A stretch of 64,000 nucleotides of DNA, from the NCBI GenBank assembly GCA_963738835.1, contig CAVTYH010000009.1, positions 121,533 through 185,532 on the forward strand, given 5' to 3'. A program made the position numbers and the translations under genes. Below are positions 1 through 9,373 of the stretch, piece after piece. The notes beneath the pieces were generated by a model, which had not been told where the DNA came from, made no database searches, and saw only the letters and a program-made list of their open reading frames with translations. Position 1 is the first letter of the stretch, and each line of letters opens with the position of its first letter. The stretch is from Pirellulales bacterium. GTDB lineage: Bacteria > Planctomycetota > Planctomycetia > Pirellulales > JADZDJ01.

Positions 1-1322
1 TTGCGGTTGGAATCGGGCGAAGTGACTTTGCGCTCGACTTCCTGGGGCTCGAACTGCGCGCTCATCTTCGAGCAGATCTAGTTGCTCGGCGCCGCTGGTA
101 GTATCGACCAGGCCGACTTGCTCGCCCTCTTGCAAGAAAATGCCTTGCAGCCGGACATTGGAATTAACCTTCACAACGTCGTAATCAACGAGGTACCCTT
201 CACGGACCGCCCGTTCGTATTCATACCGGAAAACCGGTGCGCCAAAATAGCTTGTGGTGTGAACGGCCGGCGTGGCCGTTAAACCAATGCGGATGGCGTC
301 GAAGTGGTTTAGCGTATCGCGCCAGACTGAAAGCTCTTGCCCGGTGTAGCCACGATGACATTCGTCGGCGATGACCAAATCGAATGCGTGGATGGGAATA
401 TCGAGCGCTGTCGGCGTCTTCGTCGCCAGACTCTAATTCGCCAAAAGCCGCTGCGGCGCCTGGCGGCCGTAGAGATTCATCGCCAGTCGCTGGATCGTGC
501 AGACGTAGACGAACGCCTGACCTGGCTTTGGGATCGAGCAGGTAGTTCGATGGGAGGACGGTCGGATCGAAGTGTTCTTCTGCGTCAAAATCTTCCCGTT
601 TGAATTTCTGGCTATAGAGTTCGTAAATCTGATTGAATTTGAGAGCGGGTTCTGGCTCGAAACTTTTGAAGGCGCGGACCGCTTGGGCTGCCAAGGCCCG
701 GCGATCGACGAGGAACAATACGCGTCGCGCGACCTCGGACTTCATCAGCCGGTAGACCTGATTCACCATCGTGAAGGTTTTACCGGTGCCCGTCGCCATC
801 GCCACTAGCATTTCGCGTCTGCGGCCGGCGATTGCCGCTTCGACGGCGGCGTTCGCTTCAATCTGATAGGGCCGTAGCCGAGGATGATGTGTTCGGCGTG
901 GTGCGAAGGCGCTCGCACGCAGCGTCGAAATCGCTGCAAAGCAATTCCTGAAGGGCCGATGGCGTGTGGAACCGGGCCACTTTCCGCGACCGATTCAGCT
1001 CGTTGCGAACGTCTTGGAACCACGTGACTTCGCCATTGGTGGAATAGAGGAACGGAACTCGATACTCGCCGTAGCTCTGACCGTTGGTGGTTGCGCCGCG
1101 GGAGTAGCGCTGCGCTTGTGTGAGCACGTTTTGAGGACCGAGTGAAAGTTTTTTTGCTTCGACAATGCCCAGAGCGATACCGTCGGCGAACAAGGCATAG
1201 TCAGCCGGTCCCGCAGTGGTTTCGAATTCTTCCACTCGGTATACAGTCTGAGCATTCGTGCCTTTTTTGCGCCATCCGCAAGCATCGAGCCTGGGGTCAA
1301 TGCGCCGTTTCGCGTGAGCCAT
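1..1322 (-). pseudogene. hsdR: Type I restriction enzyme R subunit (HsdR), multiply disrupted; 3' part runs off the left edge
   Basis: ORF 858-1322 is the HsdR N-terminal nuclease domain (ADYALFADGIALGIVEAKK). Helicase motif I reads LRPYQIEAN...LVAMATGTGKT. FVYVCTIQRLA, DEAH box IADECHRGY and IGLTATPA are readable only after frame changes near ~890, ~520 and ~65. There is an in-frame TAG at 433-435. Confidence 0.85.
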
Positions 1323-1602
1323 TCACTATTTGTGTCGTCGGTGGGCATCGAACAAGCGCAGGTTAGATATTCGAATCGAGTACTAACAATTTACACTGCG
1401 GAGCACTGGTCCGCCACAAAGAGGGGGACAGAGAAGAGGGGAAGCGGAAGGTGCAGGAAACCCTGGGGGTCCTGATGGGTTTCCGCTCTCGGTGGAGCGA
1501 CAAGGAAAATTTCGCGACAAAGCATCGAAAACCACAAAAAGCCGCAAGTCCCTATTGTGCTGGACCTTGCGGCTTCTTGCGATTACTGTACGTTTGAACA
1601 TG

Positions 1603-1675
1603 TACCCCCACGGGGAGTCGAACCCCGGTTTTCGGACTGAGAACCCGACGTCCTGGGCCACTAGACGATGGGGGC
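1603..1675 (-). tRNA. tRNA-Glu (anticodon CUC)
   Basis: The minus strand reads GCCCCCATCGTCTAGTGGCCCAGGACGTCGGGTTCTCAGTCCGAAAACCGGGGTTCGACTCCCCGTGGGGGTA. It folds as a cloverleaf with a D arm typical of tRNA-Glu, anticodon loop TT-CTC-AG and T loop GGTTCGACTCC. It has a G1-U72 wobble and no encoded CCA. Confidence 0.85.
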
Positions 1676-1835
1676 GTGGCGTGCAGCGTTCGATTAGAAA
1701 CGGAGTTGGCGGTGGTTGTCAATTGGCTGCCGGGCGACGGCGTGAAGTGCGTTTTGCGACCAGGCCTCTCGTGCTATGCTGTAATCAGCGGAAGTGGAAG
1801 TTGGCAATGCTGATGCCCCTGCGCTTGGTTCTGCG

Positions 1836-2782
1836 ATGACTCGATTTTTTGCGATTCTGATCGGCATTCTTTTACTGTGTGGTGCCGTAAAAGCGGTACA
1901 ACCGGCGTTGATGGCGGTCCCCAAGAAAATTAGCGTCGACGGGCTGGAGCGAAAGTTTTTGCTGTTTGTGCCGGCCGGCGCAAGCAGAGCGCTGCCCGTG
2001 GTGGTGGTGCTGCATGGCGGGGGCAGCAATGCCGTGCAGATGGAACGCTACACGCAGTTCGATGAACTTGCCCAGCGCGAAGGGTTCATCGCGGTCTATC
2101 CCGATGCCGTCGCCGGCAACTGGAACGACGGACGCAAAAACAATTTCATCAAATCACAGCGGGAAAACATCGACGATGTGAAGTTCATTCGGGCCGTAGT
2201 CGACGAGGTGGCGAAAGAGCACGCGATCGATCGGAGTCGGGTATTCGTAACCGGCATTTCCAATGGCGGCATTATGTCGCATCGGCTGGCTTGTGAAGCA
2301 TCGGATCTGGTGACGGCGATTGCCCCGGTGGCTGGTGCGATGACACCAGAGATGACAGAGAAGTTCAGACCGGAACAGCCGGTTTCGATTCTCATGATTC
2401 ACGGCGATGGTGATCCGATTGTGCCCATCGCCGGCGGCGATATTCGCATTGCGAAGGGGCAGAGCCGCGGGCGAATTATTGCCGCCCAAGATTCGCTCTC
2501 CAAATATGTAGAGCGAACGGCAACCGCGGCCAGCCAACCGTCGAAACGCTCGACACCAATCCCAAAGACGGCACGAGTGTGGAAATCACGAAATATCCTG
2601 ACGGACCCGGCGGCGTGAAAACGTGGTTCTACCGCGTGGTTGGCGGCGGCCACACCTGGCCCGGGCGTCCGCTGTATCTGACCGAAGACATTATCGGCAA
2701 AGCGAGCCAGGATTTTTCGGCCAGCGACGTGATCTGGCAATTCTTCAAAAGCTGCCCACCGCGTACAGCAAGTTCGCATTAG
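1836..2782 (+). CDS. Secreted alpha/beta esterase, PHB-depolymerase/LpqC-like family (apparent frameshift ~2510)
   Basis: Signal peptide MTRFFAILIGILLLCGAVKA. Family motifs VVVLHGGGSNA, GFIAVYPD...NWNDGR, ISNGG nucleophile and IHGDGDPIVP. The C-terminus (PKDGTSVEITKY...GGGHTWPG) continues in another frame (ORF 2579-2782). Confidence 0.75.
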
Positions 2783-2898
2783 TAATCGAAGAGCTGAGTG
2801 CGCGAACTCTGGCGGTGTCGGCTTTTTATTTGGCTCTTGGCTTGATCTGATTTCCTACAATGCCGCTTTCGATCTTCAACTTTTGAAAGAAGTCTGCC

Positions 2899-3159
2899 AT
2901 GAAAAAAGTTGCTGCCGCGATGGTCGTGCTGCTGATTGTCGGTGCTTCCGTCGGCGCCATGCTCATTACGGAGAACGCCGGGCTGGTGGGGGCGGCGCTG
3001 ACGGAATTGAAGTTCGAGGCGATTCCGGGCAATCCAAAGCTTATTGGCGCTCCGCCGAATTTCAACGTTACCAAAGCCACGATTGAATATCTTCAGAAGT
3101 TATTGAAGGACGGCAAGATTGTGGAAGTGCAAAACGATGGTGCCCTGAAGATCAAATAA
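2899..3159 (+). CDS. Small hypothetical protein with an N-terminal membrane anchor or signal
   Basis: 86-aa ORF with hydrophobic N-terminus MKKVAAAMVVLLIVGASVGAML. No family recognised. Confidence 0.4.
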   Translation: MKKVAAAMVVLLIVGASVGAMLITENAGLVGAALTELKFEAIPGNPKLIGAPPNFNVTKATIEYLQKLLKDGKIVEVQNDGALKIK

Positions 3160-3351
3160 CGTCTGATGTTAGGTTGGCTCCCGCACGTCGTAGAAGTCTG
3201 CGCAAGATTTAACGGACTTGCGGCTGGTGACGACGATTGCCGCCGATGATTCGTCGTGCAGCGGTGGCAGGGCATCTCGACAAAGGCGCGTGGGCGATAG
3301 AATGAACTCGATGTTTTTGAGTTCTTCGCCGCGCGTTTTTGGAGAAGAGCG

Positions 3352-3621
3352 ATGACCGACCACAGTCAAAACCGGGCAATACGTTTGCAGTCAAGTGCGC
3401 TGGTGCTGGCCGCCTTGATCACCACGGCCGGCGCAATTACCTCTGCGGTGATTCAATCAGGCTGGCTGTCAAAACCAGACGCAGCGACGGCGATTGCCAC
3501 GCCGCGTTCAGCACCGGCCAAGCCACTGGCGTCGTTTGTCGGGACGATTGAACTCTTGAGTGAGCTGCCGATTCCGTTGGCAACAACCACGTCGCCGGCA
3601 TTGTCAGCGACATCGCTCTGA
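3352..3621 (+). CDS. Small hypothetical membrane-anchored protein
   Basis: 89-aa ORF with a TM-like segment ALVLAALITTAGAITSAVI and an Ala/Thr/Pro-rich tail. No family recognised. Confidence 0.35.
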   Translation: MTDHSQNRAIRLQSSALVLAALITTAGAITSAVIQSGWLSKPDAATAIATPRSAPAKPLASFVGTIELLSELPIPLATTTSPALSATSL

Positions 3622-3933
3622 CACGGCGTAACATCCCAGAATTATTTCGCCACCACTGATGGGTGTTACCTCAGCGCTATTCTTTGCTAGCCCGACGACT
3701 CATGCGCAACAGGCCGAACCAGCGAAGGCCAGTCAAAAGCCCTTTGATTGGGAGGCGGTTCCCCGATTGCTTCAAGGACGGTAAACTCGGGGCAGAATTG
3801 CCGACAATGTTTGACTAAGCGGCGAGCGACGATGTGATGCTGATCGTGAGTTTTGACGGAGCCCATAAGTAGGCTTTTTTTGACACAGATTATTGTGCAA
3901 GAGCCTGCTTTTTGATTGCGTTCCCGGTTGCCG

Positions 3934-4284
3934 TCAGCTTCCGCGATACGTCGAGTATCCAAACGGGCTCAGCAGCAGCGGCACGTGATAGTGCTCGTCA
4001 GGGATGATGATCTGAAAATCGACAACGACCGTAGGATAAAACGTCGTGATGCCTTTGCGTTTGTAGTACTCGCCGGTGGCGAAAGCCAGCCGGTAATGAC
4101 CAGCCAAGAGCGAGCCCGGCGGAAGTAGATCGCCGATGCGACCGTCTGGATCGGTGCTGCCTTCGCCGAGTTTTTGCCAGCGGCCGCTCTCGTGGCGTCG
4201 CTCCAAAACCACCTCGATTCCGGCCGCAGGTTGACCGGCCGACGTGTCGAGCACGTGGGTTGTGATTGGACTTTTGGCGGTCAT
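3934..4284 (-). CDS. uraH: 5-hydroxyisourate hydrolase (transthyretin-like)
   Basis: 116 aa. Shows ITTHVLDT...G.PAAG and the diagnostic C-terminal YRGS tetrapeptide. Last gene of the ureide operon. Confidence 0.9.
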   Translation of the reverse strand: MTAKSPITTHVLDTSAGQPAAGIEVVLERRHESGRWQKLGEGSTDPDGRIGDLLPPGSLLAGHYRLAFATGEYYKRKGITTFYPTVVVDFQIIIPDEHYHVPLLLSPFGYSTYRGS

Positions 4285-4287
4285 GAT

Positions 4288-4312
4288 GTAGGTCAGGTTT
4301 TTTGGCCCGACC
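4288..4312 (+). repeat. GTAG-hairpin (REP-like) element, 4 nt upstream of the uraH start
   Basis: GTAG followed by GGTCAGG-TTTTTTGG-CCCGACC. The arms are the swapped or complementary version of the element at 57283-57306. Confidence 0.5.
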
Positions 4313-4335
4313 GGAATGTCTATCGGTAATTCATG

Positions 4336-6356
4336 TCAAGCTGAAGCCTGACCTACGAGTTTCCTCAGCCGCAATTCGGTGATCTTCAGTTGCTCCCCGG
4401 CGACGATGCGCAGTTCGGTTTGCGGATCGTTCGGCAAGCGACTTTCCAAGATCGCGAGCATTTCGTCGGCCGATTTGCCAGTGGCACAGACGATGAAAAT
4501 ATAACCGAATCGAGCTTCGTATTCTCGATTGCGCTGGGCCAATTTTTCAAGTGTAGCTTGCGAAGCATCGGCAACGCCGGCCTGTTCCCCGCCGGCCCAC
4601 TGTTTGGTGTTGGCGAATTTCGCCCGCAGGCTATCGACATCGCCAATTTTGGGATGCGCCGCGAAGGCTTGCAGCCAATCTTCGCGGTCGAGATTCCACC
4701 AAAACTCGGCCGCGTCGTGCAACAGCAACCGATCGTTCGAGGTGAACGGTCGCTCGACGACCATCCGATCGACCCACCGCTTGCAAGCGCAACATTTCGT
4801 TAGTGCGGCCCGCAACTCGGCTTCGCCGAGGTTGTTGAGATAGGCGCGAATCGACCAGCCGGTTGGTCGTTGATTTTGATCGGGCGTGAGCATCTGACCT
4901 GATGGAGTGTCAATGAACCGACTTTCGTGGAATACCAATTTTCCGCGAACGTATGTGCGGTGAATTTGCCCTTGCAACTGGGCGCCGTCATAAGGCGTCA
5001 GTTTATGGCGATGGTGCAATTGTTCGCCATGGACCGTCCAAGCGGCTTCGGGGTTCCACACGATCAGATCGGCATCAAAACCGGGGGCGATGCGGCCCTT
5101 GCGAGCGGCCAAGCCGACCAAGTTCGCCGGATTGGTTGATAGCCACTCGAAGATCTGGTGCAGTGCAATGCCGCGCTTTGTGGCATTGGTCCAGACGATG
5201 GGCAGCGTGAGTTGCAGCGAGGCGATGCCACCCCAGGCAGCCATGAAGTCACCGGTTTCGAGATGCTTCATTTCCGGCGGGCATGGTGAGTGGTCGGAGC
5301 CGATGGTGTCGATGATGCCGCGCTGCAGGCCGAGCCACAGCACTTCCTGATGCCGCCGCTCACGGATCGGCGGCGCGCATTTGTAGCGCGTGTCTCCGTC
5401 GGGAATCTTTTGACTCGCATGCAGGAACTTTGCAGCTGCTTCATCTGGAATGTTGAAGTTGAATTCCTCTTCCAATTCCATGACCAGCTCGATTTGCTCC
5501 AGCGAATCGGCTTTGTCGGCAGCGAAGTGCAGATAGTGCGGGCAAGTTTCAACCGAGATCGGAACACCCTCGCGCTTCGCCGCCAGGATCGTGCGCAAGG
5601 CGTCGCCGTTGGCTAAGTGTACGATGTGAACATGGCAGTTCGTTTCGCAAGCTAATTTGATGAGCTGCCGAATGGCGTCGGCTTCCCACTGCGGCGGGCG
5701 AGTCGCTAGGTAATCGACGTACCGCCGCGCCGATTTGGGTCGCGGCGCCGGTGCATCTGTCAGTTCCGCATGCACCAGCAGCGGTCGATGGTGCCGCGCA
5801 AAATCGGCGCGGCGGCCTGCAAATCGGCCAGTGTCGCATTGGGAAATTCGTCGAGCCCGGAATGACACAAAAACGCTTTGATGCCCAGCACGCCGGCTTG
5901 AATCAGTGGTTCGATTTGATCGGCATTGACGGGAATGACCCCGCCATAAAAACCGACATCGACCCAGCATTTGCCGGCCGCTGCTTGTCGCTTCGCTTCC
6001 AGCGCGGCGACCGTCGTTGTCACGGGGCTGTTGTTGAGCGGCATATCGACAATCGTCGTCATGCCACCGGCCGCTGCGGCTTTCGTCGCCGTTTCGAATC
6101 CTTCCCACTCCGTGCGGCCAGGTTCGTTGACGTGGACGTGGGCATCGATGACGCCCGGAGCGATCACCCATTTGCCGAAATCTTCGATCGGCACATTCGC
6201 CGGGAGATTCACTACGCCTTCGCCAATTTCCAATACATCGGCAATCTGCTCACCTTCGACTACCACAACCGCCGACCGGATGCCATCGGGAAAAACGACG
6301 CGACGGCTAGCCAAGGCGAATCGCAGCGGCGATGAACATTCGCGGTCCGCACTCAC
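4336..6356 (-). CDS. allB: Allantoinase fused to OHCU decarboxylase (apparent frameshift ~5799)
   Basis: The N-terminal half is in ORF 5760-6356 (GVIDAHVHVNEPGRTEWEGF). It continues in ORF 4336-6171 (LLVHAELTD, HIVHL, ETCPHYL, KCAPPIR, SDHSP). There is no stop before the OHCU decarboxylase domain (RPF..., AAHPKIGD, IFIVCATGKSA). The GTG start overlaps the uricase stop (GTGA). Confidence 0.85.
5407..5511 (-). other. In-frame 35-aa insert resembling acyl carrier protein helix II/III inside allantoinase
   Basis: ADSLEQIELVMELEEEFNFNIPDEAAAKFLHASQK lies between HYLHFAADK and IPDGDTRYKCAPPIR. It matches the AcpP motif [27 protein letters not shown] at 18 of 27 positions by eye. Hand-counted GC is 50/105. 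Confidence 0.7.
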
Positions 6357-7264
6357 GGCTTACTCTCCGACCGGTCTCGTTGAATTGTCGCGCTGATATT
6401 TCCAAACGGCTCGCTAGTCGGCACAAATACTTCATTCGGATTTTGCAAGCCGAACGGCGTCAAATTTGCAAGCAAATGATGTTGATTTGGCATCACGATC
6501 TCGATTGCATCAATCAGAGGACAGGCCGCAAGAGCTGCGCGACCCATTTCGTACAAAGTGTGCTGCACCGATTTGCTGTACCGGTCGGCGAATACTTCAA
6601 GCATTGCCGCCCGGATTTCCTGGCGGAATTGCGTCCAATCTGCAGTCATATTGAGGTACTTACCGGTGGAATCGAGGCAGAACCAATTCGCAGCAATTGT
6701 CGTGGCAAAAATACGATCTTCGGTTTCCGGCAAAGTCGTGTACTCGTCACGAAGAAAGTTTGTGAAACCCGAGCCCGTGGTTTTCAGCACTTGAAGTCCG
6801 GAAAACCCACATTGCATGACCAGGGGACGATCGGCTGCAGGCTGCCCCGGGCTGTTTAAGCCTGTAACTGTGCAAGTATTGCGTTCGCTCGAATCGCCGA
6901 TGAAAGCATGGTCGTGCGGTTTGCCATCAAATTCCATCCGAGTCCAATGCTTTTCCCCGCAATGGACTTTTGCGTGCGTCACATGTGAATACATGTCTAA
7001 AAAATGTCGGCAAAGCAGTTGCGCGAACGACTCGATTGTTAATACACCATGCCGGCTAGCTAACACGTACACCGTATTCTTCATCGTATCGGTCGCGACG
7101 ATCTTCGAGTTATCAGCGGCCGAATAGGACGAAATAAAATCTCCATCCAACTCGATTGAGATGGTGAGATCGACGAATTGATGGTGTGAGCCGTCACGGT
7201 GAATCCGCGACAGCCGCATCTGCGATTTGCCGTATGATTGATCAAGAACTCTCGGTGGAAGCAT
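6353..7264 (-). CDS. uox: Urate oxidase (cofactor-independent uricase)
   Basis: 303 aa with YGK..., DNSKIVATDTMKNTVYVLA and VLKTTGSGF motifs typical of the uricase T-fold. Confidence 0.9.
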   Translation of the reverse strand: MLPPRVLDQSYGKSQMRLSRIHRDGSHHQFVDLTISIELDGDFISSYSAADNSKIVATDTMKNTVYVLASRHGVLTIESFAQLLCRHFLDMYSHVTHAKVHCGEKHWTRMEFDGKPHDHAFIGDSSERNTCTVTGLNSPGQPAADRPLVMQCGFSGLQVLKTTGSGFTNFLRDEYTTLPETEDRIFATTIAANWFCLDSTGKYLNMTADWTQFRQEIRAAMLEVFADRYSKSVQHTLYEMGRAALAACPLIDAIEIVMPNQHHLLANLTPFGLQNPNEVFVPTSEPFGNISATIQRDRSESKP

Positions 7265-7286
7265 GGTGCAATGTTTGGAGAGAGAT

Positions 7287-8531
7287 TTATTCAGTCGCCA
7301 ATCGGGCCAACGTGCGTGCTAAAACTTCTATACCTCCGGCGATGTGTTCTGGCGAGGCATATTCATCAGGACGGTGGCTATAACCGTTGCGGCAAGGAAT
7401 GAAAATCATGGCCGTCAGACAAATTTGTGCCATGAACAGTGAATCGTGATAAGCGCGGCTGATCATCCGCTGGGATTTTAGTCCGGCATCTGCGGACGAT
7501 GCCTCAATTGCCAACACAATCTGCTGATCGCAAGTGGCCGGCGGGTCGGCGTTGATTAGCTCAACGGTCGTACTTTGTTGGTGCTGCCCGCCCAAGGTTG
7601 ATGCCTGGATGCGAATGAAGTTGAGCACTTTATCGCGCCGCTCTTGGTCGATATCGCGGACATCGATTTCCAAATACGTGCGGCTGGGGATGCTGTTGAT
7701 CGCCCGCGGATGCACATCAAGCACGCCGGTGGTTGCTACGGTGTCGGCGCCGCCAAGCGTCCGCGCCGTGGCATCCACAGCGAGCGCCAATTCTGCGGCC
7801 GGAAGCAGTGAATCGCGGCGATCCGGCATCAACACAGCCCCCGCGTGACCGCCAGTCCCTTCGTAAGTCACGCGCAATGATGCGGGAGCGGCAATCGCAG
7901 TCACGACACCGATCGGCACACCGGACTTTTCCAACAGTGGGCCCTGTTCGATGTGCAGTTCGACAAACGCTTGATAATGGCCCTGCAGCAATCGCACTTC
8001 GGCCAGCCCCCCCTGCCCTGCCGCGCGCCCGGAGAATTCGCCAAAAGTTTTGCCTTTGCTATCGGTGAGTTTTGCGGCCTTCTCCGGCGGCATTACTCCC
8101 GACATTAACCGGCTGCCCAGGCATCCAACTCCGTAGCGTGTCGGTTCTTCGGAAGTGAACATGATAAGTTCAATCGACCGGCGCGGTTTGAATCCGGACC
8201 GTTGCAACGCCCGGATTGCTTCCAAACCGCCAAGCACGCCGACCGTGCCATCAAACATGCCGGCGTGCGGAATGGCATCGGTGTGCGAGCCTGTGGCGAC
8301 CGCCGACGAATTCGGATCGCTTCCAGCCCAACGAGCGAAAATGTTCCCGGCGGCATCGATCCGCACTTGCAAATCCGCCGCTTGAAACAGTCCGATCAGA
8401 TGCTTCCGCGCTGCCAAATCGGTGTCGCTGAGCATCACTCTAGTAACTGCCGGGGCAGGAGCATCAGAGAACTCGGCCAGCCGGTTGAGTTCAGACGACA
8501 ATCTCGCGATGTCGATTTTCAATTCTGTCAC
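7287..8531 (-). CDS. allC: M20-family amidohydrolase (allantoate amidohydrolase or ureidoglycolate amidohydrolase type)
   Basis: Motifs GSHTDAIPHAGMFDGTVGVLGGLE, FTSEEPTRYG and IEQGP. A GTG start at 8531 (VTELKID...) overlaps the upstream stop (GTGA). The longer ATG ORF to 8663 would overlap the neighbouring gene. Confidence 0.8.
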   Translation of the reverse strand: MTELKIDIARLSSELNRLAEFSDAPAPAVTRVMLSDTDLAARKHLIGLFQAADLQVRIDAAGNIFARWAGSDPNSSAVATGSHTDAIPHAGMFDGTVGVLGGLEAIRALQRSGFKPRRSIELIMFTSEEPTRYGVGCLGSRLMSGVMPPEKAAKLTDSKGKTFGEFSGRAAGQGGLAEVRLLQGHYQAFVELHIEQGPLLEKSGVPIGVVTAIAAPASLRVTYEGTGGHAGAVLMPDRRDSLLPAAELALAVDATARTLGGADTVATTGVLDVHPRAINSIPSRTYLEIDVRDIDQERRDKVLNFIRIQASTLGGQHQQSTTVELINADPPATCDQQIVLAIEASSADAGLKSQRMISRAYHDSLFMAQICLTAMIFIPCRNGYSHRPDEYASPEHIAGGIEVLARTLARLATE

Positions 8532-9307
8532 TTTTCGCTCAACCGATCGCGGTGAATGTCTTTGTAGTACAGGTATTTCGCCGGCTTTTTGCCCATTGCC
8601 ACAAACCATTGCGGGCAATAAGACGCCATCCAAATTACATCGCCCGCCTGCACCGGAAACCATTCGTCGCCCAAGCGATAAACACCGGTGCCTTCCAGCA
8701 TCAAGAGGCCGTGCTCCATGGCGTGGATTTCCACCTGCGGCAAATGTCCGCCGGCATCGTATGTGAACAGATTCACCGCCATATCGAACGCCGGTTCGAC
8801 GGGTAACAGCACTTGCAAACGCAGAGCGGGATCGCCCTGAAATGGATCGCCGACGACATCTTTTTGATCGCCAATGCGTACTGGCGGCTCTGCCAGGTCG
8901 AAACCGGGCTGGTAGGGCTTCTCGAACACTGACAGGCGGGCAGAACCGCTTGCCAACGTGGTAATTTCGTGCAAAGTATTGGGTGGAATGAAAGCGAATT
9001 GGCCCGTCGTAATTTCGTGCTTTTTTGCTGTGGCATCGATCTGCACTGCACCGTCGAGCACAAAGATAAATCGTTCAGCGCCTACTCCTGGCGGAGCGCT
9101 TTTGGCTCCAGACTCCAAAGTAGCGGTGTACTGCGTGAACTGCGCGCCCATCTCCGGAGCGATATGCACGACCGCCGACGCATTCGTCCAACCAACCAGC
9201 GGTGAACTGACATGCGTATCTGGCGTGATTAGCGCATAATTACGCGTCACTCGGCTGCGGGTGGTGCCAAATGGTTGAACGCGGAGGGGTTCCATTTCGA
9301 TACTCAT
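8528..9307 (-). CDS. allE: (S)-ureidoglycine aminohydrolase (bicupin, AllE/YlbA-like)
   Basis: 259 aa. The pattern FDM.VNLFTY..GG....E.H.MEHGLLMLEG.GVY.L...W.PV.AGD.IWM ... YYKDIHRD matches the YlbA/UGlyAH family. Confidence 0.85.
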   Translation of the reverse strand: MSIEMEPLRVQPFGTTRSRVTRNYALITPDTHVSSPLVGWTNASAVVHIAPEMGAQFTQYTATLESGAKSAPPGVGAERFIFVLDGAVQIDATAKKHEITTGQFAFIPPNTLHEITTLASGSARLSVFEKPYQPGFDLAEPPVRIGDQKDVVGDPFQGDPALRLQVLLPVEPAFDMAVNLFTYDAGGHLPQVEIHAMEHGLLMLEGTGVYRLGDEWFPVQAGDVIWMASYCPQWFVAMGKKPAKYLYYKDIHRDRLSEK

Positions 9308-9373
9308 CGTCGCAAGCTCGATGGTTGCATAGCCCAGGGGTTGCGGGCACCATCGCCCCGATGGTCCCTGGGC

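Noticed and set aside
1383-1661. 92-aa ORF on the minus strand between hsdR and the esterase.
   Set aside because: It overlaps tRNA-Glu (1603-1675) on the same strand and has a low-complexity translation. It is not a gene.
3687-3962. 91-aa ORF downstream of uraH (MDTRRIAEADGNRERNQ...).
   Set aside because: It overlaps the uraH 3' end, has no recognisable family and shows odd composition. It could be a gene relic, but I cannot support a call.
5760-6171. N-terminal ~135 aa of ORF 4336-6171 (MGDRSGRHRCPRPRQ...), and the C-terminal ~210 aa of ORF 33879-35525.
   Set aside because: These are out-of-frame read-through created by the frame breaks. The conserved allantoinase and DUF1501 sequences are in the other frames (5760-6356 and 34897-35355).
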